Below the pieces are notes generated by a model. It was not told the DNA's origin and searched no databases. It saw nothing but the letters and a program-made list of their open reading frames with translations. Positions 28,287 to 37,655 of a stretch of 64,000 nt of DNA are shown here, piece by piece. Numbering within the stretch: position 1 is the stretch's first letter; each line of letters begins with the position of its first letter. Made by a program: the position numbers and the translations under genes. The stretch lies in contig OZ241858.1 in the NCBI GenBank assembly GCA_965203035.1, positions 2,201,437 through 2,265,436 on the forward strand, in the 5' to 3' direction. The stretch comes from Candidatus Spongiisocius sp. GTDB taxonomy: Bacteria; Actinomycetota; Acidimicrobiia; Spongiisociales; Spongiisociaceae.

Positions 28287-30043
28287 AACCGGTCCTGCTC
28301 ACGGCCGAACCTGACCGGCGGTTCCGGGTCGCGGCCGACCCGGCCCGGCTGCGTACCAGGTGGTTGGGCCGTCTCGCCTACGGCGAGGCCTGGGATCTGC
28401 AACGCGCCTTCTGGGAAGGTCGGCAGACCGGCCGGGCCACGTCCGATTACCTGCTCCTCCAAGAACATCCCCATGTCTATACGGTGGGGCGCAACGGCGA
28501 CGGCTCCCACCTCCTGATTCCCGAAGAGGGCTTGGCCGGCATAGGCGCGCGGCGTTTCGACATCGATCGCGGTGGCGACATCACCTACCACGGCCCCGGA
28601 CAGCTGGTCGGCTATCCCATCGTGGCCCTGGCCGACCTGCGGAAGATCGTCCCCTACGTCCGGGCCGTGGAGGAGGTTCTGATCCGTACGCTCTCCGACT
28701 TCGGAGTGGAGGCTTGGCGCGATACCGGGTACACGGGAGTCTGGACCGACCGGGGGAAGATCGCAGCGATCGGCGTACGCGTGGCGCGGGGCGTCACTAT
28801 GCATGGCTTCGCCCTGAACGTCGATCCCGATATGGGCTATTTCGATCATATGAACCCCTGCGGCATCACCGACCGGCCCGTCACCTCCCTGGTGGAGTTG
28901 CTGGGATGGAAGGTCTCCATCGAGGAGGCGGTGGACGTACTGGTCCCTCGCTTCGTGGAGGTGTTCGGATACCAGGAGAACGACCTCCAGCTGGGCGCCT
29001 TCACGCGGGGACAGGGACGGCCCCGGGCATTCGAGGTGGATCGGCTGCTCGCCGAGGGAACCTTCGCTCCGAAGGGTCGGGCCGCCGTGCCGGTGACGAT
29101 CGGCAAGCGGCTGGAGGGCGAGCCGCCCCGGGCGCCCTGGATGAAGGTGACCGCCCGCCTGGGACCCGAATACCGGCAGCTCGGGAGGCTGATGCGGGAG
29201 CTCGACCTCCACACCGTGTGCGAGGAAGCAGGCTGCCCGAACATCTACGAGTGCTGGAGCGAGGGCGCCGCCACCATCATGATCCTCGGTGGCGTCTGCA
29301 CCCGGGCATGCGGTTTCTGCGACGTCACGACGGGCCGCCCCCAGGGACTCGACCTGAACGAGCCGGCCCGGGTGGCCGAGGCGATAGCTGCCATGGGACT
29401 GCGCCACGCCGTGATCACGTCGGTCAACCGCGATGACCTGCCCGACGGCGGCTCGACCGTCTTCGCCAGGACGGTGCAGGAGGTGCGGAGTCGGGTACCG
29501 GAGTGCGACGTCGAGGTGCTGATTCCCGACTTCAAGGGGGTCAGGGGGGACCTGGAGCGGGTCATGGATGCGGGGCCGGCGGTCCTGAACCACAACACCG
29601 AGACCGTGCTCCGGTTGCAGCGTGAGGTGCGAACCGCCGCCTCGTACGGACGCTCACTCGCCCTCCTGGCCCGTGCGAAGTGGCACCGGCCGGACGGGGT
29701 GGTGAAGTCGGGCTTGATCGTGGGCATGGGCGAGACCCGTGAGGAGGTCCTGGGCGCCATAGCCGACCTCCGGGCGGTCGGTGTGGATGTGGTCACGGTA
29801 GGCCAGTACCTGCGGCCCACGGTCAGGCACCGCCCCGTCCACCGCTACGTGCACCCCGACGAGTTCGACGAGTACGCCGACTTCGGCCGGCGGATCGGTC
29901 TGGCGCACATCGAGTCAGGCCCGCTGGTGCGGTCGTCGTACCACGCCCGGGACTCCCTGGACGCAGCCGCCACGTCCGAGGGTCGGCAACCATCGGCGGT
30001 CGCCGGCCCTGATCCGTCCCGGTTGCCGGCAACACTCACGTAG
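28265..30043 (+). CDS. Apparent fusion of octanoyltransferase LipB (N-terminal) and lipoyl synthase LipA (C-terminal) in one uninterrupted reading frame
   Basis: LipB block (LQEHPHVYTVGRNG...HGPGQLVGYPIV...NPCGI). LipA radical-SAM block (CEEAGCPNIYECW...CTRACGFCDV). No stop codon separates them. The start is uncertain (TTG at 28265 or 28364). Confidence 0.75.
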   Translation: MGTATDLEPVLLTAEPDRRFRVAADPARLRTRWLGRLAYGEAWDLQRAFWEGRQTGRATSDYLLLQEHPHVYTVGRNGDGSHLLIPEEGLAGIGARRFDIDRGGDITYHGPGQLVGYPIVALADLRKIVPYVRAVEEVLIRTLSDFGVEAWRDTGYTGVWTDRGKIAAIGVRVARGVTMHGFALNVDPDMGYFDHMNPCGITDRPVTSLVELLGWKVSIEEAVDVLVPRFVEVFGYQENDLQLGAFTRGQGRPRAFEVDRLLAEGTFAPKGRAAVPVTIGKRLEGEPPRAPWMKVTARLGPEYRQLGRLMRELDLHTVCEEAGCPNIYECWSEGAATIMILGGVCTRACGFCDVTTGRPQGLDLNEPARVAEAIAAMGLRHAVITSVNRDDLPDGGSTVFARTVQEVRSRVPECDVEVLIPDFKGVRGDLERVMDAGPAVLNHNTETVLRLQREVRTAASYGRSLALLARAKWHRPDGVVKSGLIVGMGETREEVLGAIADLRAVGVDVVTVGQYLRPTVRHRPVHRYVHPDEFDEYADFGRRIGLAHIESGPLVRSSYHARDSLDAAATSEGRQPSAVAGPDPSRLPATLT

Positions 30044-30171
30044 TGGAGCTGCCGCGACCGCATCACGGGGGTGCGGGCACCCCTGACCAGGTCGCGCCGG
30101 ATGGCAGGTCGGCGCGACGGACCTCGCGACGCGATTAGCCTCCGGCCCAAGCCGATCGTAAGCGAGGAGAC

Positions 30172-32133
30172 GTGGCCGAGCGCACCATCGAAAACCTATT
30201 GCAGGAAGATCGCATCTTCCGGCCGTCGCCGGAGTTCACCGGACAGGCCAACGCCCAACCCGGCCTCCACGAGCAGGCTGCCATTGACCCGGTCGCATAC
30301 TGGGAGACGCAGGCCCGCAACCGCGTGACCTGGTTCAAGGAGCCCACCGTCCTCCTGGACGACTCCAATCCGCCCTTCTTCAAGTGGTTCACCGACGGCG
30401 AGCTCAACATGTCCTACAACTGCCTCGACCGCCACCTAGAGGCAGGCAAGGGCGGCAAGGTGGCCTATTACTGGGAGGGCGAGCCGGGGGACGAGCGTGC
30501 CATCACGTACCAGGATCTCTACGAGGAGGTTTGCCGGTTCGCCAACGGTCTGCGCTCGATCGGTGTCCGGAAGGGCGACCGGGTGGCCGTCTACATGGGC
30601 ATGGTTCCTGAACTGGCGGTGGCCATGCTGGCCTGTGCTCGCATCGGCGCCGCCCACAGCGTCATCTTCGGCGGTTTCTCGTCCGACGCCATCTACGACC
30701 GCGTCGAGGACGCCGGCGCCCGGGTTCTGATCACCTGCGACGGCGCCTGGCGCCGGGGGAAAGTCGTGGATCTGAAGGTGGCCGCCGACCGCGCCATGGA
30801 CAGGACCGACCTGGTCGAGCGCTGCGTGGTGCTACGCCGGACCGAGAACGACGTGACCATGGAGGAGGGTCGGGACATCTGGTGGCACGACCTCGTCGAC
30901 GGCCAGAGCGCGGTGTGCGAGCCCGAGGTGATGAATGCCGAGGACCTGCTCTACCTCCTGTACACGTCCGGCACCACCGCCAAGCCCAAGGGCATCATGC
31001 ACACCACGGGCGGATACCTGGTGGGCGCGGCGACCACGCACAGCTTCGTGTTCGACATCAAGCCCGACCAGGACATCTGGTGGTGCGCCGCCGACATCGG
31101 CTGGGTGACCGGTCACACCTACATCGTCTACGGGCCTCTGGCCAACCAGACCACCTCGGTCATGTACGAGGGCACGCCCGACTACCCGGACAAGGACCGG
31201 CTGTGGTCGATCATAGCCAAGTACAAGGTGACGCAGCTCTATACCGCCCCCACCGCCATCCGGGCCTTCATGAAGTGGGGTGAGGAGTACCCGCAACGGC
31301 ACGATCTGTCCACACTGCGGGTTCTCGGCACGGTGGGCGAGCCCATCAACCCCGAGGCTTGGATGTGGTATCACGAGCACATCGGCGGTGGCAAGGCGCC
31401 GGTGACGGACACCTGGTGGCAGACCGAGACCGGTTCGATCATGATCGCCCCCCTACCCGGCGTCACCGCCACCAAGCCGGGCTCGGCCACCAACCCGATG
31501 CCGGGCATCCAAGCCGACGTGGTCGACGACGCGGGCAACCCGGTCGGCAGGGGAGGGGGCGGCTATCTGGTGATCCGCAACACCTGGCCCTCCATGCTGC
31601 GCTCCATCTGGGGCGACGATCAGCGGTACGTAGACACCTACTGGTCCCAGTTCGATGGCATGTACTTCCCGGGCGACGGGGCCAAGCTGGACGACGACGG
31701 GTACCTGTGGTTGCTGGGCCGGGTGGACGACGTCATGCTGGTGTCCGGTCACAACATCTCGACCATGGAGGTGGAGTCGGCCCTCGTCTCGCATCCGTCC
31801 GTGGCGGAGGCGGCCGTCGTCGGCCGGTCCGATCCCCTCACCGGCCAGGCGATCGCCGCCTTCGTCAGCCTGCGGGCCGGCATCGAGGGTGACGGATCCC
31901 TGCTGGCCGAGCTACGGGATCATGTCGCCAACTCGATCGGTCCGATCGCCAAGCCCAAGAGCATCGTCTTCACGCCGGACGTGCCCAAGACCCGTTCGGG
32001 CAAGATCATGAGGCGCCTGCTGAGGGATATCTCGGAGCAGCGGAAGCTGGGCGATGTGACCACGCTGGCCAACGCCGATATCGTGGCCGAGATCGCGGAG
32101 ATGGCGGCCGCGGCTCCTGCTGACGAGGACTGA
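30172..32133 (+). CDS. acs: Acetyl-CoA synthetase (acetate-CoA ligase)
   Basis: AMP-binding motif (YTSGTTAKPKG) and an Acs-specific N-terminus (NMSYNCLDRH). Confidence 0.95.
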   Translation: MAERTIENLLQEDRIFRPSPEFTGQANAQPGLHEQAAIDPVAYWETQARNRVTWFKEPTVLLDDSNPPFFKWFTDGELNMSYNCLDRHLEAGKGGKVAYYWEGEPGDERAITYQDLYEEVCRFANGLRSIGVRKGDRVAVYMGMVPELAVAMLACARIGAAHSVIFGGFSSDAIYDRVEDAGARVLITCDGAWRRGKVVDLKVAADRAMDRTDLVERCVVLRRTENDVTMEEGRDIWWHDLVDGQSAVCEPEVMNAEDLLYLLYTSGTTAKPKGIMHTTGGYLVGAATTHSFVFDIKPDQDIWWCAADIGWVTGHTYIVYGPLANQTTSVMYEGTPDYPDKDRLWSIIAKYKVTQLYTAPTAIRAFMKWGEEYPQRHDLSTLRVLGTVGEPINPEAWMWYHEHIGGGKAPVTDTWWQTETGSIMIAPLPGVTATKPGSATNPMPGIQADVVDDAGNPVGRGGGGYLVIRNTWPSMLRSIWGDDQRYVDTYWSQFDGMYFPGDGAKLDDDGYLWLLGRVDDVMLVSGHNISTMEVESALVSHPSVAEAAVVGRSDPLTGQAIAAFVSLRAGIEGDGSLLAELRDHVANSIGPIAKPKSIVFTPDVPKTRSGKIMRRLLRDISEQRKLGDVTTLANADIVAEIAEMAAAAPADED

Positions 32134-32163
32134 GCCGGCTGCCTGCGTGCCGGAGGAGAGGTC

Positions 32164-32937
32164 ATGCTGCTGACAGGTAAACGGTTGCTGGTGACCGGCG
32201 TGCTCACGCACGGTTCGATCGCCTGGCACAGCGCCAAGGTGGCCCAGGAGCAGGGCGCCGAGATCGTGCTGACCGGTTTCGGAAGGGGGATGCGCCTCAC
32301 GGAGCGCTCAGCCCGCCGCCTCCCGGATCCCCCCGAAGTGTTGGAACTCGACATCAACGATCCCGTTCACATGGAGCGCCTGGTGGACGATTTGGAGGAC
32401 CGCTGGGGGAGCCTGGACGGGGCCCTTCACGCCATAGCATTCGCGCCCGAGGACGCGCTGGGGGGCAAGTTCCTGACCACCCCCGTAGAGAGCGCCGCCC
32501 TTGCCTTCACCACCTCGGCCTTCTCGTACAAGACGCTGGCCGTGGGGCTGCTGCCGCTCCTCGAGAAGGCAGGCGGAGGCTCGCTGGTGACCCTCGACTT
32601 CGACAACAGCACCCAGGCCTGGCCCGCCTACGACTGGATGGGCGTCTCGAAGGCCGCGCTGGCCTCGGTGACCCGCTACCTGGCCCGCGACCTGGGGCAC
32701 TCCAACGTCCGGGTCAACGCTGTATCGGCCGGGCCGTTGTCGACGATGGCGGCCAAGGGCATTCCCGGGTTCGACCGGTTCCAGGATGTCTGGAACGAGC
32801 GAGCTCCGCTCGCCTGGGACACCGCGGATCCCACCCCGGTGGCCAACATGATCTGCGTAATGCTCTCCGACTTCGCCACCAAGGTCACCGGCGAGGTCAT
32901 CCATGTGGATGCCGGCTTCCACGCCATCGCCACCTGA
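32164..32937 (+). CDS. fabI: Enoyl-ACP reductase (NADH), FabI/InhA type
   Basis: Close similarity to InhA/FabI across the N-terminal Rossmann region (GKRLLVTGVLTHGSIAWHSAKVAQEQGAEIVLTGF). Confidence 0.9.
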   Translation: MLLTGKRLLVTGVLTHGSIAWHSAKVAQEQGAEIVLTGFGRGMRLTERSARRLPDPPEVLELDINDPVHMERLVDDLEDRWGSLDGALHAIAFAPEDALGGKFLTTPVESAALAFTTSAFSYKTLAVGLLPLLEKAGGGSLVTLDFDNSTQAWPAYDWMGVSKAALASVTRYLARDLGHSNVRVNAVSAGPLSTMAAKGIPGFDRFQDVWNERAPLAWDTADPTPVANMICVMLSDFATKVTGEVIHVDAGFHAIAT

Positions 32938-33007
32938 ACCGCTCCCCGGAGGCCTGATCGACCGGCCTCGTCGCCCTTCTGGGTCAGCTAGCGAAGAGCG
33001 AGGACCC

Positions 33008-33039
33008 AAAAAAAGACCCGGCCCCAAATGGGCCGGGTG
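33008..33039 (-). terminator. Rho-independent terminator on the minus strand: 10-bp GC stem (GACCCGGCCC/GGGCCGGGTC), loop ATTTG, then a T7 tract.
   Basis: The plus strand shows AAAAAAA GACCCGGCCC caaat GGGCCGGGT. No annotated minus-strand gene lies upstream of it. Confidence 0.55.
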
Positions 33040-33510
33040 GGTAACCGCCCTCTAACGCTGGCGCGTCAGGGGCGAAGCGCTGGGATCGAATGTAACACGA
33101 GTCAAGGTCCAGAGACAAGGAGCAGGTTGAGTCACCAGTCTGGGGGACGTCGATACGGTCCTACCGTCTCCGGGAGTTGACATGAGCGGAAATCGTCTTC
33201 CGTGAGCCGGTACCACCAATGGTTGCCGACACCCTCATCCGGATCTCCCTGTAGATCCCCAGCTGTCGGGTTACGGCGCGGGTGCCGGTCGGACGGGAAC
33301 CACGCACGAAATGCTGAATCCGACACTTTCGGAACCGTTCGCACTACGTTTTCGGAATCATTTGCCACTACGTTTCCGGAGTCTGCCCTCTCCGGCAAGG
33401 CAACTGTGGACCGTGGCCGGACATGTCTGGAGGTGCGCTGTTCCGGATCTCCTGCGACCGTGCGAAGATAGGTCCGCGTTGAACGGTCCAGCCAACCCAG
33501 GTGTGGAGAT

Positions 33511-34263
33511 ATGGATCCAGCCGGATATCTGAGCGCCCTGGTCTTCGGGGCACTTTCCTTCGTGTCGCCCTGCGTCCTGCCCCTGTTGCCCGGATACCTG
33601 GGGCTCATGTCCGGCTACTCGGTGGCTGACCTGCAGCAGGGGAAGGCCTCCACCGCCCGGATGCTCCGGGTCACCGTGATGTTCGTGGTCGGGCTGACGA
33701 TCGTGTTCGTGGCCCTAGGAGCGGGGGCAACCTCGGTGGCCGGCCTGCTCGCCCGCAACAAGGGAGCCATCACCACGGTGGCGGGCTGGATGATCGCCGT
33801 GTTCGGGCTGGTCATCGTGCTGATGGCGCTCAGCACGTCGCCCCGCCTGGCCTTCCTCTACCGGGAGCGCCGGCTCCACTTGCGCCCTTCGCAGTTGGGG
33901 GGTTGGGCGCCGCTGTTGATGGGCATGGCATTCGGTTTCGGCTGGACCCCGTGCATCGGGCCGGTGCTGGCGGCCATCCTCACACAGGCCGCCACCCAGG
34001 AGACGGTCGGCCGGGGGATGCTCCTGCTGTTCGTCTTCTCGATGGGTATGGGCCTTCCGTTCATCGCCGCCGGGATCGGGGTGACCAAGCTCTACTCGGG
34101 GATCAAGCTCCTCCAGCGCCACCTGCGGACCATCAACGTCCTGTCGGGCCTCCTGATGATGGTCTTCGGCTGGCTGTTCATCACAGGCCGTATCACGGAC
34201 CTGTCGAGCCTGGTGAGTGAGTGGATGATCCGGCTCGGCCTCGAGGGTCTGGCCTCAATCTGA
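33511..34263 (+). CDS. ccdA: Cytochrome c biogenesis protein CcdA (DsbD-family thiol-disulfide transporter)
   Basis: Conserved Cys pair in TM1 (FVSPCVLPLLPGY) and the 6-TM DsbD-core topology. Confidence 0.85.
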   Translation: MDPAGYLSALVFGALSFVSPCVLPLLPGYLGLMSGYSVADLQQGKASTARMLRVTVMFVVGLTIVFVALGAGATSVAGLLARNKGAITTVAGWMIAVFGLVIVLMALSTSPRLAFLYRERRLHLRPSQLGGWAPLLMGMAFGFGWTPCIGPVLAAILTQAATQETVGRGMLLLFVFSMGMGLPFIAAGIGVTKLYSGIKLLQRHLRTINVLSGLLMMVFGWLFITGRITDLSSLVSEWMIRLGLEGLASI

Positions 34264-34373
34264 TCTAATCGTGGTCACGGGGGACCCGCAATAGCGAATC
34301 GCTCACGGCGTGTGGCGTCCTCACCCACCCGCTAGCCTCGTAGCGCTCCCGGTGGCAAGGCGCAGGTCGCCGG

Positions 34374-35873
34374 GTGATGGGAGGACTCGTGGGCAGGCCG
34401 GCTGCCTGGGTATTGGCCGTTGTCCTTGTCGCGGGCCTGGTGGTCACGGAGCCGCCCGGCGCCGTTCAAGCCCAGGATGCGGAGCTCTGCGACGCCTCCG
34501 GCGCCCGCCTTTTCGCCGACGTCGCTGCCGGCGACTACGCCGCCGAGTACATCCTCTGCATGAGGGTTCTCAGCCTCACCCAAGGGAACTCCAGCGGGGG
34601 ATACGGCCCGGACGACACCTTGAACCGGGGGCAGATGGCGTCGTTCATCGTGCGCCTCTGGCGGGACATCCTCGGCGGGGAGTGCCCGACCGGAGACACG
34701 CCCTTCACGGATGTGCCGAGCACAGGCACCCACGCCGCCAATATCGCGTGCCTGTACAACCTCGGGATCACCAAGGGCGTCTCCGACACCGAGTTCGCTT
34801 CGCACAACCCGGTGAAGACCTCCCAGGTGTCCAGGTTCTTCCTAAGGATCTACGAGCGACACGGTGGTAAGTGTCCTGATCGGGCGTCGGAACTCGACGA
34901 GGCGGTCGAGTGCCTGGAATCCCTCCATGTCATCCCCACAGCCGGCGAGGGCCGGAGCAGCCGGGCCATGATCAGATCGCAGATGGCCGTCTACATGATC
35001 GGCCTGTGGCACAACCTCGAGTACGGTCCTCCGCCCGTTCCGCCCCTCCTCGGCACCCCGACCGAAGTCCGTGGCGCTGGCCTCGCGCCGGCCCTGCTCT
35101 CGCAGATCACGGTCGCTCCGGAGTGGATCACCGGCTACAGCCGCAGCCTCTTCGACCATTGGAAGGACCTGGACGGGGACGGTTGCGACACCCGCCGCGA
35201 GGTGCTGATCAGGGACTCGAGAATCGATCCGGCGATGGACAGTGGCCGCACCTGCTGGGTGACCTCGGGTCTCTGGTACTCGTACTACGACGGCATCTGG
35301 CTCACGGATCCCTCCGAACTCGACATCGACCATCTGGTTCCGCTGGCGGAGGCCTGGGCGTCGGGCGCCCATCTCTGGAACCCTGACCGGCGCGAACAAT
35401 TCGCCAATGACGAGAACGCGCTCGTAGCGGTCACGGCCGGGTCCAACCGGAGCAAGGGCGCCCGCGATCCGGCCGAGTGGATGCCGGCCGACGACGCCGG
35501 CTACTGCCCGTACGCAGCGGCATGGGTGGCCGTCAAGGCCCGCTACGACCTCACTATGGATCGGACGGAGTACGACTTCCTCGCGGACGTGCTCGACGGG
35601 ACCTGTGCCACCACGACCGTGAACCTGGACACACCGATCCTGGCGTTCCCCGTGCTGGCGATTCCGGAACTGCCGGCCGTCGCGCCCACGACCACCACCA
35701 CGTCAGCCCAGGGGAGGCCTCCGGACCCGGGCGACAGCAAGAACTGCTCCGATTTCTCCACCCACCGCGATGCGCAGGAATGGTTCGATCGCTACTTCCC
35801 CTACTACGGCGACGTGGCCAGGCTGGACCGGGACGGCGACGGTGTGGCCTGCGAGTCCCTCCCGCGGGGCTGA
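34374..35873 (+). CDS. Secreted multidomain protein: signal peptide, three SLH-like repeats, DUF1524 HNH-like nuclease domain, C-terminal Excalibur calcium-binding domain
   Basis: SLH-like F(A/T)DV motifs. DUF1524 block (DIDHLVPLAEAW...NRSKGARDP). Excalibur block (NCSDF...LDRDGDGVACE). Confidence 0.7.
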   Translation: MMGGLVGRPAAWVLAVVLVAGLVVTEPPGAVQAQDAELCDASGARLFADVAAGDYAAEYILCMRVLSLTQGNSSGGYGPDDTLNRGQMASFIVRLWRDILGGECPTGDTPFTDVPSTGTHAANIACLYNLGITKGVSDTEFASHNPVKTSQVSRFFLRIYERHGGKCPDRASELDEAVECLESLHVIPTAGEGRSSRAMIRSQMAVYMIGLWHNLEYGPPPVPPLLGTPTEVRGAGLAPALLSQITVAPEWITGYSRSLFDHWKDLDGDGCDTRREVLIRDSRIDPAMDSGRTCWVTSGLWYSYYDGIWLTDPSELDIDHLVPLAEAWASGAHLWNPDRREQFANDENALVAVTAGSNRSKGARDPAEWMPADDAGYCPYAAAWVAVKARYDLTMDRTEYDFLADVLDGTCATTTVNLDTPILAFPVLAIPELPAVAPTTTTTSAQGRPPDPGDSKNCSDFSTHRDAQEWFDRYFPYYGDVARLDRDGDGVACESLPRG

Positions 35874-35908
35874 CCGGACCCCCGGTCCGTATCGACAACA
35901 GGAGGCTG

Positions 35909-37345
35909 CTACCGCCAATCCCTGGCCAGGTCGCTCAGCCGTGCCCTGCCGAACAGTTGTGCGGCCGCCTCGGCGGCCACGGCCCTCACCTCGTCCTCGT
36001 CCACCCTCGTGGAACGCCCATCCTCAACGATGACTTCGCCCGCCACGATCACCATCTCGACATCGGCCGCGCTGCCGGAGTGAACCACCGACGCAACCGG
36101 GCGGCTCCATGGCGTATGCCGGACGCCGGAGACGTCGACAACCACCAGATCGGCCGCCCGGCCCGGTTCCAGCGAACCGGCCTCCAGACCGGTCATGGCC
36201 GCACCGCCCAGCGTTCCCAGTTCGAGAAACTGCTCCACAGTGGTGGCGGTCGAGTCCAGGCTGGCCACCCGGTGCATCAGCATGCCGGCCTTCATGGCCT
36301 CGAAGATGTCCTGCCCGGCGACTGCCACCCCGTCGCTGCCGAGGGCCACGGTGGCTCCGGCCGACAAGAGCGGATCCAGGTGGAGCACGCCGGAGGCCAG
36401 GTACTGGTTGGAGATCGGGTTGTGCACGGCTGTAGCGTTGGCAGCGCCCATGGCTGCTACCTCGTCGGGATCCAACCAGACGGCGTGAGCGAGCGTGGTG
36501 TGGCGGCTGAGCAGCCCGCGGTCCGCCAGCCAGGCCACCGGCCGGGTTCCGTGCACCTCCGTGAAGAACGAGATCTCGTCCTGGACCTCCGAACAGTGCA
36601 TGTGCCAGCGAACGTCGCCGGCCTCAGCCATCTCCGCGGAGGCCTCGATCAGCTCCGGCCATACGTAGACGATGTTCTCCGGACACGGCCAGACCTCGAC
36701 CAGGCCGCCTCGCGGGCGCTCCGCCATGCACTCCGCGGTGATGTCGAGTTCGTCCTGATTTGTCAGGGCGAACAGGTCCGGATCAACCCCCATCAGCTCT
36801 CCGCCAGGGTTCATCTCGCCGAAGATTCCCCGGGCGATGGCGCCCCTGATCCCCACCTCCTCCACCGCGTCGGCCACGGCCAGGATGGTCTCCGTGTCGG
36901 TAGGCGCATAGTGGTTGTCCACCACCATGGTGGTTCCGGACAGGGCGGCCTGAAGCGCGCCGAGGCGGACGGCGGCCACGCTCATCTCCCTGGTGATGGC
37001 CTTCGAGTAGGGGAGCATGAACCTCTGGAGCCAGGGAACCAGCGTCATGCCGTCGCCGAGCCCGCGGCCCAACGACTGGAACAGGTGCGTGTGGCCGTCG
37101 GTCATCCCGGGGAGGACCACCTTGCCCCGGCAGTCGATGACCTTCCCGGCAGTCTCCCGCAGTTCACGGAGTTCCCCGCTGTCGCCGACCGCCGTGATCT
37201 TCCCGTCTGCGAGGGCCACGGCGCCGCCATCCAGCACCCGCCGGTTCCCGTCGAGGGTGATCACCACCCCGCCCTCGAGCAAGAGGTCGCACTCGAGACG
37301 ATCAGGGGAAGAAGGAGTCTGGCTCATGGGTGACCTCCGTGTCAT
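35909..37345 (-). CDS. Metal-dependent amidohydrolase (MtaD/SsnA/chlorohydrolase-like deaminase family)
   Basis: HxH metal motif (DGHTHLFQS) and an amidohydrolase fold. Confidence 0.8.
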   Translation of the reverse strand: MTRRSPMSQTPSSPDRLECDLLLEGGVVITLDGNRRVLDGGAVALADGKITAVGDSGELRELRETAGKVIDCRGKVVLPGMTDGHTHLFQSLGRGLGDGMTLVPWLQRFMLPYSKAITREMSVAAVRLGALQAALSGTTMVVDNHYAPTDTETILAVADAVEEVGIRGAIARGIFGEMNPGGELMGVDPDLFALTNQDELDITAECMAERPRGGLVEVWPCPENIVYVWPELIEASAEMAEAGDVRWHMHCSEVQDEISFFTEVHGTRPVAWLADRGLLSRHTTLAHAVWLDPDEVAAMGAANATAVHNPISNQYLASGVLHLDPLLSAGATVALGSDGVAVAGQDIFEAMKAGMLMHRVASLDSTATTVEQFLELGTLGGAAMTGLEAGSLEPGRAADLVVVDVSGVRHTPWSRPVASVVHSGSAADVEMVIVAGEVIVEDGRSTRVDEDEVRAVAAEAAAQLFGRARLSDLARDWR

Positions 37346-37464
37346 GAAGCACCTGCCCGGCGCTGTTGCCCGATCGTAACTATCCGGGCGGTAAGGACCT
37401 GTAGAGCGCGGTGTTCCGGTGCGGGCAGTCTTGCGGATGGCCCGCCGGGCGCGCTAAACTCGGG

Positions 37465-37539
<75 letters not shown>

Positions 37540-37559
37540 ACCCCCGCTACCCGATACAG

Positions 37560-37602
37560 CCCTCGTTCCCCAATCGATGGGGACGGGGGTTGTTGCTTTG
37601 TG
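37560..37602 (+). terminator. Candidate hairpin plus T-rich tract after tRNA-fMet
   Basis: CCCTCGTTCCCC aatcgat GGGGACGGGGG, followed by TTGTTGCTTTGTG. Confidence 0.3.
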
Positions 37603-37655
37603 ATCTGCCGGCTTCCCGGCGACGGTGGCGAAAGGACCAGGCATTGAGTGCTCCG

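Noticed and set aside
33040-33500. RNase P RNA, tmRNA or SRP RNA in the non-coding island
   Set aside because: Diagnostic motifs (GGAAAGUCCGGGC, tmRNA tag ORF and T-arm end, SRP domain IV AGGUCCGGAAGGAAGC) were searched by eye on both strands and not found.
33132-33608. 158-aa minus-strand ORF and 89-aa plus-strand ORF in the fabI-ccdA non-coding island
   Set aside because: Arg/Pro-rich composition typical of random high-GC ORFs. The minus ORF overlaps the ccdA start by about 100 nt. No motifs found. The region is treated as non-coding.
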